Part shown: positions 46,993 through 60,390 of the stretch, piece after piece | Layout: each line of letters starts with the position of its first letter | How positions within the stretch are numbered: the stretch's first letter is position 1 | NCBI RefSeq assembly: GCF_964204645.1 | Contig: NC_134026.1 | Location: 30,910,150 to 30,974,149 of the forward strand | DNA length: 64,000 bases | Source of the DNA: Tubulanus polymorphus | Lineage: Eukaryota > Animalia > Nemertea | Direction of reading: 5' to 3' | Program-made: the position numbers and the translations under genes | Notes under the pieces: generated by a model | Told to the model about the DNA's origin: nothing | The model's database searches: none | What the model saw: only the letters and a program-made list of their open reading frames with translations

Positions 46993-48595
46993 TTTGAAAT
47001 ACGAAACACACACAAAACTTAAATAGATAGAATGATTAACTTTTTTCATTTTGTTCCAAAAAATCGAAATTTTCTGTTTCTATTTAGTTCCCGATAATAT
47101 TTAGTAATCGGCAGTAAATCTAGACACGGGTTTGATGGGTTCAGGTGTCCTTCAGAGTCGATACAATATACAAGAAATAAGTTTATCGTTTGGTAAGATT
47201 CGAATTTCTTTTTAGATTGTATAAAGATATATTTCGAAATTAAAAAATAAATCTTTTTTCACGCCCTAAAATAGAACCCGATATTCACGCATATTGTTTT
47301 CAAGGAGATTGAATTGAACATGCGCGAACTTTCTACAATAAATCACTCAATATTGCAGATAATGAATATTTCATTAATTGGTAACTAACGCGATGTTACT
47401 GAATCCGTCGTGAGTACTTTTTAAATCATTGATTTAAATGCAATGATGTCGATGGATTTAGAAGTATATTTTTAACGCCGTAAAAACTTGTCTAAGTGGT
47501 ACTGTAATATTCGATGGGCCTCGTAATGAACTTATTACAGAGGCCCCTCGTCAACATTTAGCCAGGAGTCCGGCGGTTTTTTTACGCTGTTAAAACATTT
47601 AGAAATGTTTTTTTACGCATTGATAACTACTATGAGTTACTTAAAGGGTACTTCATGAGTTAATGTGCACTTCGTCATCGATATTGGAGTTTAGAAATAA
47701 TAATAACGTTCATTTTTTTCATTTAACGTTCATCAATCAAATTTCATGACCGTTATTTTCGTACTTTCCTTTTAATTATGAATTACAAATTTCAAAGGCA
47801 GTTTTAATAGGGTGGTGTATGAGTTGATGTGCACTACGTCATCAATATTGGGGCTAGACCGGTTGCCGGTGAACTGAATTAAATTGAATTGAAATTGTCG
47901 ATACCACCAAATAGTGTCCATGGAGATGTAAATATCAGGCCAGCGATTTCAGTGGTACGTCATGTATTCTTTCAAAGCATCAATAAACTATAAAATTAGC
48001 TTCATTTTTAAATCATTGAATTCAATGCGAAGATGACGCTCGATTTAGAAACATATTTCTGTAGTTGCCGTTTTAACGATTGCAAACAGTCCTGGAATTC
48101 AAGTGTAGTACACAGCGATACGAATCTGAATGTTACAATGAAAGAAAATCGATAAAGATTAAAGACGTTTTCATTTGTTTTTATTTGCGAATCGTTGATG
48201 AAAGAAACATTTTAAATTGCGTCGTTTAACTGAAGACTCATTAAAACTCCTCTCTAATAGATCGGCACAGCTCATGAGATCGTATTTGTTAATTTTCGAT
48301 TCTGGCAACTGGAATCAAAATATCATGAATTCGTTCGTCATGAATAAAATGTCGCGATAAATCATCGCGTGCCAGAAATCGAGATATCAAACCATCAGTT
48401 TCATAAATCTAAATTCAAAAAACGGTGACTTCGCTTCAAAACGTTCAACATTCGCACACAGTCTGAAAGTCATTATCTAACTATTTAAGAAGCGGTGGTA
48501 TTTATCACCTTCAGCCAGTCTTCTAATCTTAGAGTTGTCATTTTCGTTTTGATTACTTTTCCCGATGTGTTTTTATAGCGCTCTGCACATTGAAT

Positions 48596-49300
48596 GGTAG
48601 GAGAGGGAGGCAGGGAGGAGAGGGAGAGAGGGAGAGATGGAGAGAGGGAGGCAGGGAGGAGAGGGAGGCAGGGAGGAGAGGGAGAGAGGGTGGAGAGGGA
48701 GGAGAGGGAGACAGGGAGGAAAGGAAAGCAGAGAGAGGGAGGCAGGGAGGAGAGGGAGAGAGGGTGGAGAGAGGCAGTGAGGGATGGAGAGGGAAGAGGG
48801 AAGAGAGAGGGAGAGAGGATAGGAGGCAGGGAGGAGAGGAAAGCAGAGAGAGGGAGGCAGAGAGAGGGAGGCAGGGAGGAGAGGGAGGGAGGGAGGGAGG
48901 AGAGGGAGGAAAGGGAGGCAGGGAGGAGAGGGAGAGAGGGTGGAGAGGGAGGCAGAGAGAGGGAGGCAGGGAGGAGAGGGAGGGAGGGAGGGAGGAGAGG
49001 GAGGAAAGGGAGGCAGGGAGGAGAGGGAGAGAGGGTGGAGAGGGAGGCAGAGAGAGGGAGGCAGGGAGGAGAGGGAGAGAGGGTGGAGAGGGAGGCAGAG
49101 AGAGGGAGGCAGGGAGGAGAGGGAGAGAGGGTGGAGAGAGGCAGTGAGGGATGGAGAGGGAAGAGGGAAGAGAGAAAGGGAGAGAGGCAGTGAGGGATGG
49201 AGAGGGAAGAGGGAAGAGAGAAAGGGAGAGAGGATAGGAGGCAGGGAGGAGAGTGGAATAAGAGAGAGAGAGAGAGTGCGAGGAGAGACAAGGAAAAGAG
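48596..49300. repeat. About 700-bp polypurine/polypyrimidine complex minisatellite
   Basis: Almost only G/A on the plus strand, built from gggaggcagggaggaga / gggagagagggtggaga modules. Confidence 0.95.
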
Positions 49301-50005
49301 ACTTCACTTGTTATTCTTAGAGCATACACGTCATCCAAGCTCAATTGAATTAAAAAGCTAAAAGCAATCCATCGGATTGGTAAAATTGCACACGCCTAAT
49401 AAGCCCCAAGCGGGCTATGTCAAGTCGGTATTGTCTTGTAAATGAACTTAAATAAATGCAAAAATTCGTCTCGTTTATTCAGTGAAACTTCATTAAGTCT
49501 ACTGCTTTATAAGTATGTTCTAACCGTGGTCTGCGCGTCGCTGCGACACAGAGAGAGCGAGAGAGAGAGTGAGAGACGACGGATCGAACATTCGATGAGC
49601 AATCATCAATTTCACCAAGCCGCGCTCCCTGGATAACCTATATTGCCATAATCCATCATTACATCAACGTTCTTTGACGTTTGCTGAAATCGGTTAAAGT
49701 CAATATTTGATTCGCTATACGTGTATATTGTCTGTATATATGTATAACTAGCTTGAGTATAATAGAATTAGGAATACATAAGACCCCTTTAATAACGTCA
49801 GTCAATTCTCTTCAAACAACAGACGAAGCCGTTGAAAACCATTAGTAAACGTTTGTTCGTAAATAATATTTAAATAGTTTTGACGTTTTCTAATTTCAGA
49901 TGATCTAAAGATTGCCGTCTAATCACCAGCCGATATCAGATTCGGCGTTCAGAAAATGTATGATAATCTTCCGGCGTCTTCGTTCGTTCGAACTGACAGC
50001 GACAG

Positions 50006-51107
50006 ATGAAGGCAGCAGGTGACAGTCATAACAAGTTATATATGGAAATACATACATTTAGTGAACGCTACGAACCGAATTCAAACTCGACGACATTTTC
50101 ACAAAATGCTTCATTCGACGTTTACATCGCCGAAAAAGAAACGGATTTATTCGCAAACGAAACCGCCTTGAACGTTACGTTGAATCTGACGTTAAACAAG
50201 GAGAATTTTCATTTACCGACGGCCGTTGTTTCCGGTATGTTCCTGTCGATTATAATCAGTATGACTATCGGAGGGAATGTTCTCGTCTTGTTGGCGGTGT
50301 TCGTCAACTCTCATCTCAGGAGTACCACTAATATATTCATAGTTAATCTAGCAGTCGCCGATCTCTTACTAGGCACTGCCGTCTTACCTTTTTCGGCCAG
50401 CAAAGAAGTTATAAATTATTGGGCATTTGGTCAGACTTTCTGTGATATTTGGGCCGCGGTTGATGTTTTGTGTTGTACGGCGTCCATTATGAGTTTATGC
50501 GTGATAAGTATCGATCGATATATCGGAGTTACTCGACCGTTACAACACTCGACGATAATGACAGAAAAAAGAGCAATAATTATAGTATTATGTGTATGGA
50601 TAGCATCTATAGCAATCTGTGTAGCACCCCTCGTCGGTTGGAAGGAACCTCCCGATCCTAACCCGTTGGTGTGTACGGTCACCGAACAATTAGGATATGT
50701 GATATTTTCAGTCTCGTGGTCGTTTTATATTCCCCTGATCATAATTCTGATCGTTTACTTCCGGATCTATCGCGAGGCCTTGAAACAATCGCGTTTCCTA
50801 GCAACCGGAATTAAAACGTCGAAAGGTGGCGCTAAAGACGATGCAGCTGCGACGATTACGTTACGAGTTCATACCGGTGGTACCCGCGGCGGTACCGGCG
50901 GTAACGCGGGTGCTAGGGATCAGCCCTATACCAGTTCAAGTTCCAGCGAGCATTCGGACAGTTCTGGTAGAAAGTATCACTCTAGACTGACCCTAGCCGG
51001 TAAAATGGCTAAGTTTAAAAGGGAGAAGAAAGCCGCACAAACGTTAGGAATAGTCGTCGGTGTTTTCATCCTGTGTTGGTTCCCGTTCTTTTTTATTCTA
51101 CCTTTAG
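50006..51107 (+). CDS. ADRA1: Alpha-1 adrenergic receptor-like GPCR, first coding exon (TM1-TM6)
   Basis: LAVADLLLGTAVLPFSA, FCDIWAAVDVLCCTASIMSLCVISIDRYIGV, TLRVH and KFKREKKAAQTLGIVVGVFILCWFPFFFILPLG closely follow alpha-1 adrenoceptor motifs. Donor G|GTGAGT at 51108; acceptor tttcag at 49894-49899 indicates an upstream UTR exon. Confidence 0.88.
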
Positions 51108-52176
51108 GTGAGTATAACACGTGAGATATTTGTGAAATTGGCACAAACCGCTTCAAACCTGATGAGCGTGCCCCGTTTGAACTGATCCGCATAAGACAAA
51201 TTACCACAAATACCAAAACCAGTAATTTCTCTCCAGCGCAGAAGCCAATTAGCCATCAGTAAGTCACGAATGATTTTTGTACCATTTTTCTGCCGGGAAG
51301 AAATTCTATATCGGTCGCGAGGGATTAGATGTAACCCTCCCGGACCGAACGCAAAATGGTGTCATGATTCCCAAACTCTTTGCGGCGATTACTTTGTTTC
51401 TCTTAATTCCTATCACGCAGTTGGCAAATTGACCAGATCGTCGTAATTGAGCTACATTTCGCCGTCGAAATGGTCTCATTCTATATCGCGGCCCCTTTAA
51501 CCGCTACTTTCTTAGTTTCCCCCCTCCCAATATCACCATTAAGTACAGTAATGCGGAATTCAGTATTTCAAAAAATGTGACTAATTATAGAATGATTTAA
51601 AAAACGACAGGACAAAAGTACTGGCTGGCAAACCATTTCGTTAGGGTTCTTTTTGTCGCCAAAATGAGCCTTTAGTTTTTACCTTTCGAACGGATAAGAT
51701 TTTGTAGACTTTAATCGTCGGGATGTCACCCGGGTGCCTTGTTATTGCTTCGATTTGCTTCACAAGCTTTGAAAAAAGGACATAAAAGAAAAAATGAAAT
51801 TAGTCTGGGATGCTAGTATTCTATCGACCAGCGAACCGCTCTCTCTCTCGAGTGTGAATAATTGGTTTAACTTAACGTCAGAAATCTGTTTGTCAATCTA
51901 ATATACAAATTCAATCGAAAACACAGGAATATCTGCAGGGCGATGTTTGCCAACTAATATTGTCTGTACAGTGATTTGTAGTGGGTTTTACCGCGACAAC
52001 AACAATATATGGACATAAACTAACAAACCATAATTATATTTCATTATACACTGTATATATTTATGCGTTCAAATCACATACGTCTAGACGCTGGGCCGCG
52101 TGTTCTGTTTGTTTGCTGTTTTATTAAGTGAATCTCCCTAGATTCGATTGATGTTGCATCCAAAATCATCGAGCTA

Positions 52177-52322
52177 CCCTCTCTTCCTCCCTCCCCTCTC
52201 TCTCTGTCCCCCATCTCTCATCTCCCGCTCTCCACCTCTCCCTCTTTCCCTCTCCCTCTCTCTCTCTCATCTTCACCCTCTATCCCTCTGTCTCATCTCG
52301 CATTATTTCTCTCTCTCTCCCA
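52177..52322. repeat. CT-rich low-complexity tract
   Basis: Imperfect (CT)n/(CCT)n. Confidence 0.8.
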
Positions 52323-52807
52323 TCTTGTTACTAGAATGCTAACCCGACTACCCGGGAAAGAGTGCGTTTACGTGTCACAGATTATCTCAGATGTAAAGGG
52401 CTTCAGTTGTTGATATTTCAATCGTCAGTTTGAGTTGATTTGATCGAAGTCCTCGCGTAGCCGTGCGGTGTCTACCTCAAAACTTTGTAAATCGGGAATT
52501 CGATGGATTTATGGAAGTTTTCCCGTCGCGATCTGAATTTAACGAATTGATATTTTCTGTTGAGTTGGTCTTTACAAAAATCTACAAACAAGAGCGGAGT
52601 TTATATTCAAAAGCAGAACGTTCGGTTTCTGAGTAAAGACCCGCTTCATTAGGTGTGGAGAAAGTCTAAATAATGTATGAATTATTTATAGCGGGTTTTC
52701 ATATATCTATGGTATGGTTGTTCTACAATTCAGGCAACAGTCCAGCTCATTCCCTAGTATTGTAGATACCAGTGGGAGGAGGCCATAAAACTTAAAACTT
52801 TGAAAAC

Positions 52808-52940
52808 CAATTGATGAAACACTCCAAGTCGTAGAGATAATATAAATCCCGTGTTAGGAATAAAAACAGTTCGAAATGTTTCCTTGGGCTGAAATTCACT
52901 CGATGTTTTGACTTTATCCAAATAGTCATCTTCAGGAATA
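52808..52940 (-). mobile_element. Dispersed HHR family-1 copy (degenerate core) in the ADRA1 intron
   Basis: Minus strand tattcCTGAAGAtgactatttggataaagtcAAAACATC plus shared tail ...gagtgtttcatcaattgg. Confidence 0.7.
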
Positions 52941-53533
52941 CAGGACTATAATAGGATACAGGAAATCATTGATAAAACACTGATGATGAGTCAGTCAGTT
53001 AGTATAGAAAAATTGAAAATATACCAAGAAAACATTTTCGGTATCAATTTCGCTTCCCGAGTGTGGGATTTTTCTATTATTTCTATATAAAATCAAAGCT
53101 TCAGGCCGTACAATCGTTTCGCAATTTGTGAATCCTTAAAGATACATACAAAAATAGTTTGTAAAGGTGTTGAGCAGTATTTCATCCTAGCCGCAGAACC
53201 GAGTTGGCGTTATAACTGTCGCATTGACCTCGGGGAACCAAGGTCTCCTGATGTAATTCCTGATTAGCATTGCTCTTCACACTCAGTAGCTGTGTAAATA
53301 TCGGCCAGGATGTGCATATGAGCCACATCTGTGCCGCGTCCTTTCATGGGAACTAGAAATATTGAATATTTCTGTAAAAGGCTTCCATTATAGATTTACA
53401 TTAATTCAGCGACAAGGTAAATTTATATTTACCTTTTAGCAGGAAGGGATTAATCGCCTTATAAACACATTGAATATAAACCTCGCTTGCCGCATACAGT
53501 TTACACGGTCCGAGAGCTGGCTGTCTCGCTGTA

Positions 53534-53853
53534 CCGTACAGTGCTGCCGCTATGCTCATCGTTAGCGGATTTTTCGTACACTAACAGGAACTAACTCTGG
53601 CAATCGACGGGTGGCGCCATCGATTACCAAAATTCAAGTTTTTTAATTCACAATTTACCTTGTTCCTAAACATCGAAATATGTGTTTATACTACCAGAGC
53701 CCTTTCATGCTAATGTTTGAACATTCTGCTAATGTTTGAGAATAGCGGCAGCACTTTACGGTATAGTTCAACAGGACCCACGACTGCCACAGTCGGCTCG
53801 TATTAGTGTATGAAAAGTCCGCTAACGTTGAGCATAGCGGCAGCACTATACGG
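53534..53853. mobile_element. MITE with about 52-bp TIRs starting CCGTA (Tc2/pogo-like)
   Basis: ccgtacagtgctgccgctatgctcatcgttagcggatttttcgtacactaa pairs with ttagtgtatgaaaagtccgctaacgttgagcatagcggcagcactatacgg; TA on the left flank; extra partial TIR at about 53743-53764. Confidence 0.7.
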
Positions 53854-56819
53854 TTTAATGAGGATCGCCTAAAAAACTTTCCTCCGTAACAAATATTGAG
53901 TCCTTTATTTCAGGCATACCTAAAACGAACAAATGAAAGTCCTAGGGCCCCATTTTGGGAATCAGTGTTTTGAATTACTTCAAACATTATTGTCGTTAAC
54001 TGATTTGGAATGCAGGTGTGTAAGGCGGTATAAAAATGAAAATTATTTAATCAATAGATAAAGACATATAGAAGCAAAAGAGTTCATTATTCAACTATCC
54101 CTATATATAGAATCTGCTGAAGATAGAGATAGTTCATACAGTTTTCCAAAAGTAGACCAGACAACGATAGCTGGTTGAACTATAATTGAACAGATCGCTG
54201 TCACCAGTAGCAATAGTAATTGTACCCGACATTTCATCTCGCACCGTTCTCTTTTTCATACTCGACTCACATTTATTACGTTCTGGAATTAAATTTCACT
54301 GAGATTACTGATTGTATCGTGTACCACAGATTGTTCTCTACGTCTGTTCTTTAGAAGTCTTGGGTACCACGAAATTACAAGCAGAAAATGCTCCAGATAA
54401 GAAGCTTTAGCATTCTTTTGATGGCTTTATAAATGCCGGGAAGTCGCCTTCACAAAATCTTCGCGTAGAATAGAAATATCGTGAATATTCTATCCCCAGA
54501 TATGTGACACGATACACAGATATGTGAAAAATCAACGGATTACAAAGTATATATCTTGTCTTATGAATGTTAAATGTTTCAATCCATAGTCTACAACTAC
54601 ACGTACTTTACAATAATATGAGAAATCTGTGCAAGAATTTGAGAGAAACTCATGAAATCAGAATAATTTCGTCGTTACAAGAAGCCTTAGTGACATCACT
54701 CATTACCTCTTATACGTATTCGGTGTATCAGAATGGACTGGCGGGTAAACAATTGAGGGATTACTAAAAAGGACATTAAATTTGGAATTGAAACCATTCT
54801 TGAAAACACTTCAAAACGATTGTTCGTACGCGTGGTAACGTTTGTTAGAACTGATTTATCAATTTATATATTTGGAGAAATTAACTTCACAAGGTCACAA
54901 TAACACACTGCTCTTTACCCGGGCACTCTCTCGAGTGAGTATCCACCTCGAGGAGAATGCAATAAAAGTTGCGTCGAAAAGACATTTGATATCAATCTAT
55001 CTTTGTCGTGAATTTGTTCGTACCTTGGGGATTTAACTCGCTGTAAATTTTTGTCAGAAAAATGAATAGCCCCATCGGGTTGAGTTGATATTTGTGCTGA
55101 TTAACAACTGGTGCTGTTCGCCTGTTCTTACTGTGAACCAGTTCATAATGAATATTATCTAATCCACTGAACCCGGGTGAATAAATCAATCAGTGTTAGT
55201 CAGTCGAGATAATACATCGAATTTCACTCATTTCCAAGTCGAAACGCATCGGAAATACACGCGTTTTTAACAACGCCATCTATCAAACTCATATTTTGAA
55301 ATTTAAGCAGAAAATCGGTTAACACAAATCATTATACTGGTAGACATATGATAGGCCATCATGCGCAAGTCTGAGAGGCAAGAAAGCCGGCCATTCGACG
55401 TCCAGTGTGACGTATATAATCCAATCCAATTCCAATGCTTTGTGAACATTACGCCTGACAATAGACTATGTACTCATTTAAACGATTGAAAATCTACTTA
55501 TTAGATCAAATATCAAAGGACAAGACACTAGAATTAGGTTTAAATCTGACGCGTTCTCTATTGAGACTGAAATGTTCAGTCTCAATTTTTGATTCATTCG
55601 ATAAAGTTCGTTTTTATCTTGTCTAAACTCGTAGGCTATAATTCAGTTATCTATTCCTTGAGTCTGAGTGCGCGGGCTATTTCTCTTTGGTGTCTGACCT
55701 TCTCGTTATGATCTGAAGCCAAACCTGACGAATCCTGATCATTACTACTAATAAATCTTATGGCTTGAACGAAATTTCGAAAATAATCTGCTCCGTTTTT
55801 TCCGTGTTTGGAACTTCACGCGAGAAACCATCATAAACTGCATCGCACCGAGTAGACTGCAATTATTAATCTCTCGAGTAATGAGCTGTGTTAGTCTGAA
55901 TAACCCGACCCCATCAACAGTCTGTGACACGGAATCGACAACCTCACAAAAAAATCTGCCGCATGTTACCATGTCCTCCCTTGAGGCTTGTGCAATCAAA
56001 GTTTAATTCATTCCAAGATGGCGATATCGCACTGCTCGCTATCATCTCTCAAATATCGATAGAATGAATCAGATATTATGTTGATTTTAAAAATACGGTC
56101 ATTGCACAAATTCGTTTGCTTGTGCACTTTGAGAACGTATCTGAAAAATAGAAAGATATCCGATACAACTTGAGGAGTAATGAATATTTGCGCGGAAGAA
56201 TCTGATGCCAGAAGATGAAGGGTATAGAATTGATGCGTCAATCGTTAACATTGAGAAAGAGCTGGTTAATTATCTGAGCTTCAAGCGAAAAACTGATATT
56301 TCACAAACACTTTTACGATAGAAGAGTTGATAACGATATATCACGATATAGCTCGCTGAAATCTCAAACTGTATTATGATATCAGATTTAATGCTATATT
56401 TCCAATAACAGTTTTTATTCATTAAAAAGACACCTACTATATTTCGACAAATGTTCACCAAGAACCTTAGTGTCTGATGTTGGTTACACTAGGATCGTAG
56501 AGCGACGGAGATCACGTGGAGACAACCACTGCCAGGACTGGGTGAAGATAATTGAAGTAGGGCACTTTAAAGGTTGTTCGAAGTACGAATACTATACTTC
56601 AGTAGCTTGTAGTAATCAGACTGATGATACCTGTACACTATTACCTGTTTCATATTTTAGAGTTGACACTACTAATGTCTATTTATTAATGGATGAGACC
56701 TGTTTTTCTGGGATATTTTGCTTACTTTTTGGGGTACATACCTCATTTTTGTCTTAACAGAATGCCAAAAGTCGCGGACAACAACTGAATATCCGATATA
56801 TTTCCAGTTCTGTACCAAT

Positions 56820-57070
56820 TAGATGGATTGGCAAAAAGACTCCTTAAGTCCAGTGGAATGAGAGAGAAAATCCTCCATTTTGTGAAATTTCTTGAATTTT
56901 TACATTGTCACCATGCCTACGAAATGAAGTTATTTTTCTTGTGGGGTCTCAACAACTAATCAGGGTGGCGTAGGCATGGTAACAATGTTCAAATCCAAGA
57001 AATTTGACAAAATGGAGGATTTTCTCTCTCATTCAACTGGACTTAAGGAGTCTTTTTGCCAATCCATCTA
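56820..57070. mobile_element. Foldback element: about 102-bp near-perfect inverted arms with a spacer of about 47 bp
   Basis: tagatggattggcaaaaagactccttaagtccag...ccatgcctacg pairs with cgtaggcatgg...ctggacttaaggagtctttttgccaatccatcta. Confidence 0.85.
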
Positions 57071-57968
57071 TTAGGTTAATACGACTCCTCTTAAGATTGA
57101 ACCTAACACCTCTTGATAAAACTTTAGCAAGAACCTAAGTCTCTGATGTACCACAGTTGGGTAGACTAGGACCAGACACAGCCACACTGCACCCGCCAGG
57201 ACTGGGTGGAGATAAAACGAATCTACGTTTCTATCGGTATTGAACTTATTTCAAAGGTGGAATGATTCGTTCTCTTAAACTAACAATAGAAACAGTTAGA
57301 ATGCGCGCGCGTGCATTGGAATTTAGATTGGTTGAATGTTTTAAATCAGATCAGTTCCAGTTTGAATCTGTCAGTCACGTGTTCACGCCATGTTGACAGC
57401 TCGAAATCCGAGTTGATTTTCGCGCTGTGGACGAGAGACAAAATACATCGCTTAAAACAACAACAAGATTTTGCAATACTTCCTTGTTTTGCGCCACATG
57501 TTCGGTTCTCAGACACAGTATGAAACCGTTCCTTGGGAAGAAAGACGTTTCTTATACGAAAAGAAATTCTTGATTTTCAAGTCTGTATCATTCTGCGAAT
57601 TGCTAAAATGTAGTTACGAAATAATCTATAAATAATCAAAATAGTCAAACTTAATCGCCAACACTGTGTACTGGGTTTTTGTATTGGTTTTAGAGTCGTG
57701 AGTTTTGACTCGATATGAAACCCGTGACACAAGCAAAAACTGTTCTTTTCTTGTGGAAACGTTTTCGATGTGTTTTTGTTATTCTGTGAGCTTTGAAGTC
57801 AAAACAGGAAAATGCCGAACAGAAAAACGTTTTTGCAAAACAAGCACCTGTTTGATTCGCATAGAATCCCGTTATGCCGTTTGCGTTGGGAGTCAAGAGT
57901 CAGATTTAGCATAGATACCCCTGTTTCATTCGGTTCTGAGTCTATATTCTAATTGTGTAAAAATCCTG

Positions 57969-58095
57969 GGGCCAGTTGCACAGTCATGGCTTAGAAGACT
58001 TTTCAAAGACCATCTTAGTTCTAAAGCATATCTAACAACTTAAGACCAGTCTTAGACCAATTTTGGACTTAAGTCACGACTGTGCAACTTGAGCC
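57969..58095. mobile_element. MITE with GGGCCAGTT-type TIRs (PIF/Harbinger-like), same family as 29999-30135
   Basis: ctg|gggccagttgcacagtc ... gactgtgcaacttgagcc|ctg, a candidate 3-bp CTG TSD; internal tctaacaacttaagaccagtct satellite unit. Confidence 0.7.
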
Positions 58096-60274
58096 CTGAG
58101 GTACAATATTGACTTAAATAGTAATCAGTAGGATTTTGATCCTATAACCAATCTAATAAATTAGATTTAAAGCTGATTTTTGAATTCAAGTCACGCCTGA
58201 ACCGCTCCGAACACACCAGCGACGAGTTCTCAGCTGAGGCGTTCTGCTAGAATGGACTGTGAGATTCTATTGTTACTTTGTGATAAATTATTGTAAGCCG
58301 GAAGACAAACTACGACAGCAACGCGTAATAATTTTAAGCCGTTCTTATAATAATAACCGTGAAATGTTCAACGGATTAAATTAGAAGCATTTTGAAAAGA
58401 CATATATATAGAGCTATTGCAGCTGACGTCACACAACGCGTCATACTGGACGACAAGCACAAGTTGATAATTATGTGTGGGCCCCATGTGTAAAATTCAG
58501 TCGATTTTAGTTCCTGGGCCCAGTTTATGGACTGGAATCAACTTAGGCCCAATAACTCAATTCATTTTCAATTGAGTTGATACTTATCTATAAAACTACA
58601 GCTCCTGAGATGTCGAGTAGGCACACTATTATGTGGTCTCCGGACTGAAAAAAGTCTTCTGCTCAAGTGCAAAAAACTGCGAGTATCTGGTTATTCGGTT
58701 AGTCTCAGAGAATCTCAGCTGACAAATTCTGTTACGAGGATAATATAATCAACCGTTAAGTTGTTAACGTTGTTATCAAGATATTGGCATTGAGATTTAA
58801 TATCCCCGGATGAGAGGTAATCGCAAAATTATGGCGATACAAAACAAATTTATTGTGTTCGACCACTTGGGAAATTTCAGCGCTATTTCACGATTGTCGT
58901 GGAAAGAAAGTAAATTCTAGCAATTTCTGGCTAATTTCGAAATTCCGTGTTAGACGAAATCGAATAAAGAATTCTTCCCTTTGCGACGTGCGGAGGTGAG
59001 GCTTTTTGACTGGTAGCAAATAAGATTGATTTTTTTCGGATGGAATAAAAGCTCGCAAGCTTTCAAACTGGTTTATACGGACAGACAGATGAAAAAATGC
59101 ATTCATCGATTTTGTCATGAGAAAAAAAACTTACCGAAAGTTGTATATGGGTTTATTAATTAGGTGGTCGCCATTTCCTTATATGGAATGAGGAGTCACG
59201 TTCCAGACATGTTGGTAATCAGTATTGGTTACTGTTTAATGTATAGGCTCGTACTGTGTGCAACTAACCATCTTCTATCATGCTCAATCATTTTGTCAAC
59301 TTATGTTTAATGGACAGGACTCACGCTAATAGATTCACCAGACTACGACTCGGTTGCATTTTGCGACGCGAATCTTTTGCTCGGGCGGCTATGTGGCTTA
59401 ATAAGGCAGGTTTGAACGTATACCGGGCCTTGCGTTTATAGTCGTGTAATCGAGTAAAAAGTTGTTATTAGATCTCAAGATTGGTTAGATGAACCAGGGA
59501 AGTGAGATGGGTCTCATCACACTTCCCTGGATGAACTATAGAATCGATTATTGTGGGTTTCTTAGATCTTAGTCTTGATCGCTTCTATCAGGTTAACGGA
59601 ATAGGTAAGAGTATATTCTGGCCGAGACAAACGCATCAGAAGGGAATTACGGAATTGGTAAAGACCAACCCGCGAAAGCCTTAATTTTTGCACAAAATTT
59701 GGCTAGGTTTGTACCTCCATGCTACGGACCCGTAATTAAAACCTGCCTAACTCGTTTGAGATATCTTCTCGTGAAGAAAACTAAGTCACGTTTTCGTATT
59801 CTCGCTTCACTGGCCTTCATTTATCTTTAAACACTTGTTGGTTTGTAAACCACGCGCGTTGAGAGAGGATAGGAAAGTAGGAAAAAGTACACCGATAACG
59901 TGGTTCGTTCGATGTTTCAATATCTGCGATGATGTCGAACAGTTTTTCCAGCGGCGACGAATCTATTCATTAATCAGTGTTTTATAGAGATTATGCTTTA
60001 ATGAAATTTTAACGTTTCTATCCGGAAGTGACGCCGTTAGTAGAATAATGAGATATAAAGGCAGTAGATTAGCGGTAACTGCGCTTTATATCGGCTTCCT
60101 TCGTGTGTACCGATACCACGCAGTATAAAAGATGCGTGATAATTAGAAAGAGAAGAATTTTGGGCTTTCCTAAGTCTGTTATCCCCCTTTTTAACGTTTT
60201 GTCGGAAAGGATGATATTAAATCCCCGCACGATAAGGATGAAAGGAAAAGTGCGAAAAGTTTCCTTGAGTTCAG

Positions 60275-60390
60275 TATTCCTGAAAATGACTATGATTTTG
60301 ATAAAGTCGATTTTCGGACTATTTTTCCTGCTGACAGTGGGATTATCGATATTAATATTCCTCGCGGATAGAATGTTTCATCAATGGTTG
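60275..60390 (+). mobile_element. Truncated HHR family-1 copy
   Basis: tattcCTGAAAAtgact...aagtcga then the shared tail ending gtttcatcaatggtt. Confidence 0.6.

Noticed and set aside
48485-49344. Long ORFs in all six frames (S/L/P-rich or G/R/E-rich)
   Set aside because: The polypurine repeat lacks stop codons; no domain signal.
51108-51124. ORF-track C-terminus EYNT* of the adrenergic receptor
   Set aside because: Read-through into the intron after the GTGAGT donor; TM7 is missing, so it is not the true end.
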